Assembly: GCF_900129915.1 (NCBI RefSeq)
Contig: NZ_FQXH01000022.1
Location: forward strand, 1-24,000
Origin: Tepidibacter thalassicus DSM 15285
GTDB lineage: Bacteria > Bacillota > Clostridia > Peptostreptococcales > Peptostreptococcaceae
Direction of reading: 5' to 3'
DNA: 24,000 bases
Each line of letters opens with the position of its first letter. Within the stretch, counting starts at the first letter, position 1. The notes beneath the pieces were generated by a model. It ran no database searches, was not told the DNA's origin, and worked only from the letters and a program-made list of their open reading frames with translations. A program made the position numbers and the translations under genes. Below are positions 23,570 to 24,000 of this stretch, piece by piece.

Positions 23570-24000
23570 ATGAGTGAAATTATAAATATAGAAAATGTTA
23601 CTAAAAAATACGGGGATTTTATTGCAGTTGACAAACTCAATTTGAATATAAAAAAGGGAAGTTTTATTGGTTTGCTGGGGCCAAATGGAGCAGGCAAGAC
23701 TACTCTTATAAGTATATTGATAGGTCTTTTAAAACCAAGTGATGGTAAAGTTTTTATAATGGGTCAAGAAATGAGTAGAAATAATGTTTTTTTAAAAAAA
23801 CAAATAGGCATAGTTCCCCAGCATATAAATTTGGATAAAGATCTTACTGTTAAAGAAAATCTTATATTAGCTGCTAAATTATTTAGGATAAAGGGAAAGG
23901 AGAGGGAGATACAAATAGAAAAACTTCTTGATTATATGGATCTTAAGAAAGTAGAAAATCGGATAAGTAGAAATTTATCTGGTGGAATGAAAAGAAAATT
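23570..24000 (+). CDS. ABC-2/DrrA-type ABC transporter ATPase, 5' partial (runs off the window)
   Basis: My own translation gives MSEIINIENVTKKYGDFIAV..., Walker A GPNGAGKTT, Q-loop VPQ, signature LSGGMKRK. No stop before 24000. An in-frame ATG at 23558 is an alternative start. Confidence 0.85.
   Translation, partial: MSEIINIENVTKKYGDFIAVDKLNLNIKKGSFIGLLGPNGAGKTTLISILIGLLKPSDGKVFIMGQEMSRNNVFLKKQIGIVPQHINLDKDLTVKENLILAAKLFRIKGKEREIQIEKLLDYMDLKKVENRISRNLSGGMKRK

Noticed and set aside
23437-23697. 86-aa minus-strand ORF spanning the btuF-SLH / ABC ATPase junction
   Set aside because: Antisense to two supported CDSs, including the Walker A region of the ATPase.
1-24000. CRISPR arrays, IS elements/transposases, integrases, prophage genes, tRNA/rRNA genes
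   Set aside because: Reading both strands, I found no spaced direct repeats, no terminal inverted repeats flanking a transposase-like ORF, and no cloverleaf-like or rRNA-like segments. Every intergenic gap longer than 150 nt is accounted for by promoters, leaders or terminators.

Overview
Low-GC (by eye under ~30 % G+C) Firmicutes/Clostridia-type chromosomal DNA, densely coding. I saw no tRNA/rRNA, CRISPR array, transposase or integrase. Left to right: (i) a structured ~360-bp divergent intergenic region; (ii) a family-5 (Opp/Dpp/Nik-type) ABC importer with a binding lipoprotein and two permeases but no ATPase genes, preceded by a terminator/antiterminator-type leader; (iii) housekeeping genes: a YlbF/YmcA-like protein, a small membrane-anchored PrcB-like protein, a Lon-like S16 protease with degenerate Walker motifs, 5-formyl-THF cyclo-ligase, and ftsE-ftsX followed by a coiled-coil M23 peptidase and an S41 C-terminal processing protease; (iv) an orphan Tyr/Cys-rich 82-aa protein; (v) a tetrapyrrole-flavoured block. 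In that block a translationally coupled minus-strand trio (two paralogous Cys-rich DUF2229/HgdAB-like proteins plus an HgdC/BcrAD-type ATPase activase) has no assignable substrate. It is divergent from a siroheme-dependent alternative haem cassette of two radical-SAM enzymes and two AsnC-fold siroheme decarboxylase subunits (ahbC/D/A/B-like). Next comes a clear cobalamin riboswitch with terminator driving a BtuC/BtuD-like pair, a lipoprotein (exported) CbiK chelatase homologue with intact catalytic His motifs, and a BtuF-like binding lipoprotein with SLH-like C-terminal repeats. The window ends with the 5' part of an ABC-2-type ATPase. The best candidates for undescribed biology are the activase trio, possibly coupled to tetrapyrrole metabolism, and the B12-riboswitch-controlled surface CbiK / SLH-BtuF pair. 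All functional calls rest on motif recognition by eye; no searches were run.
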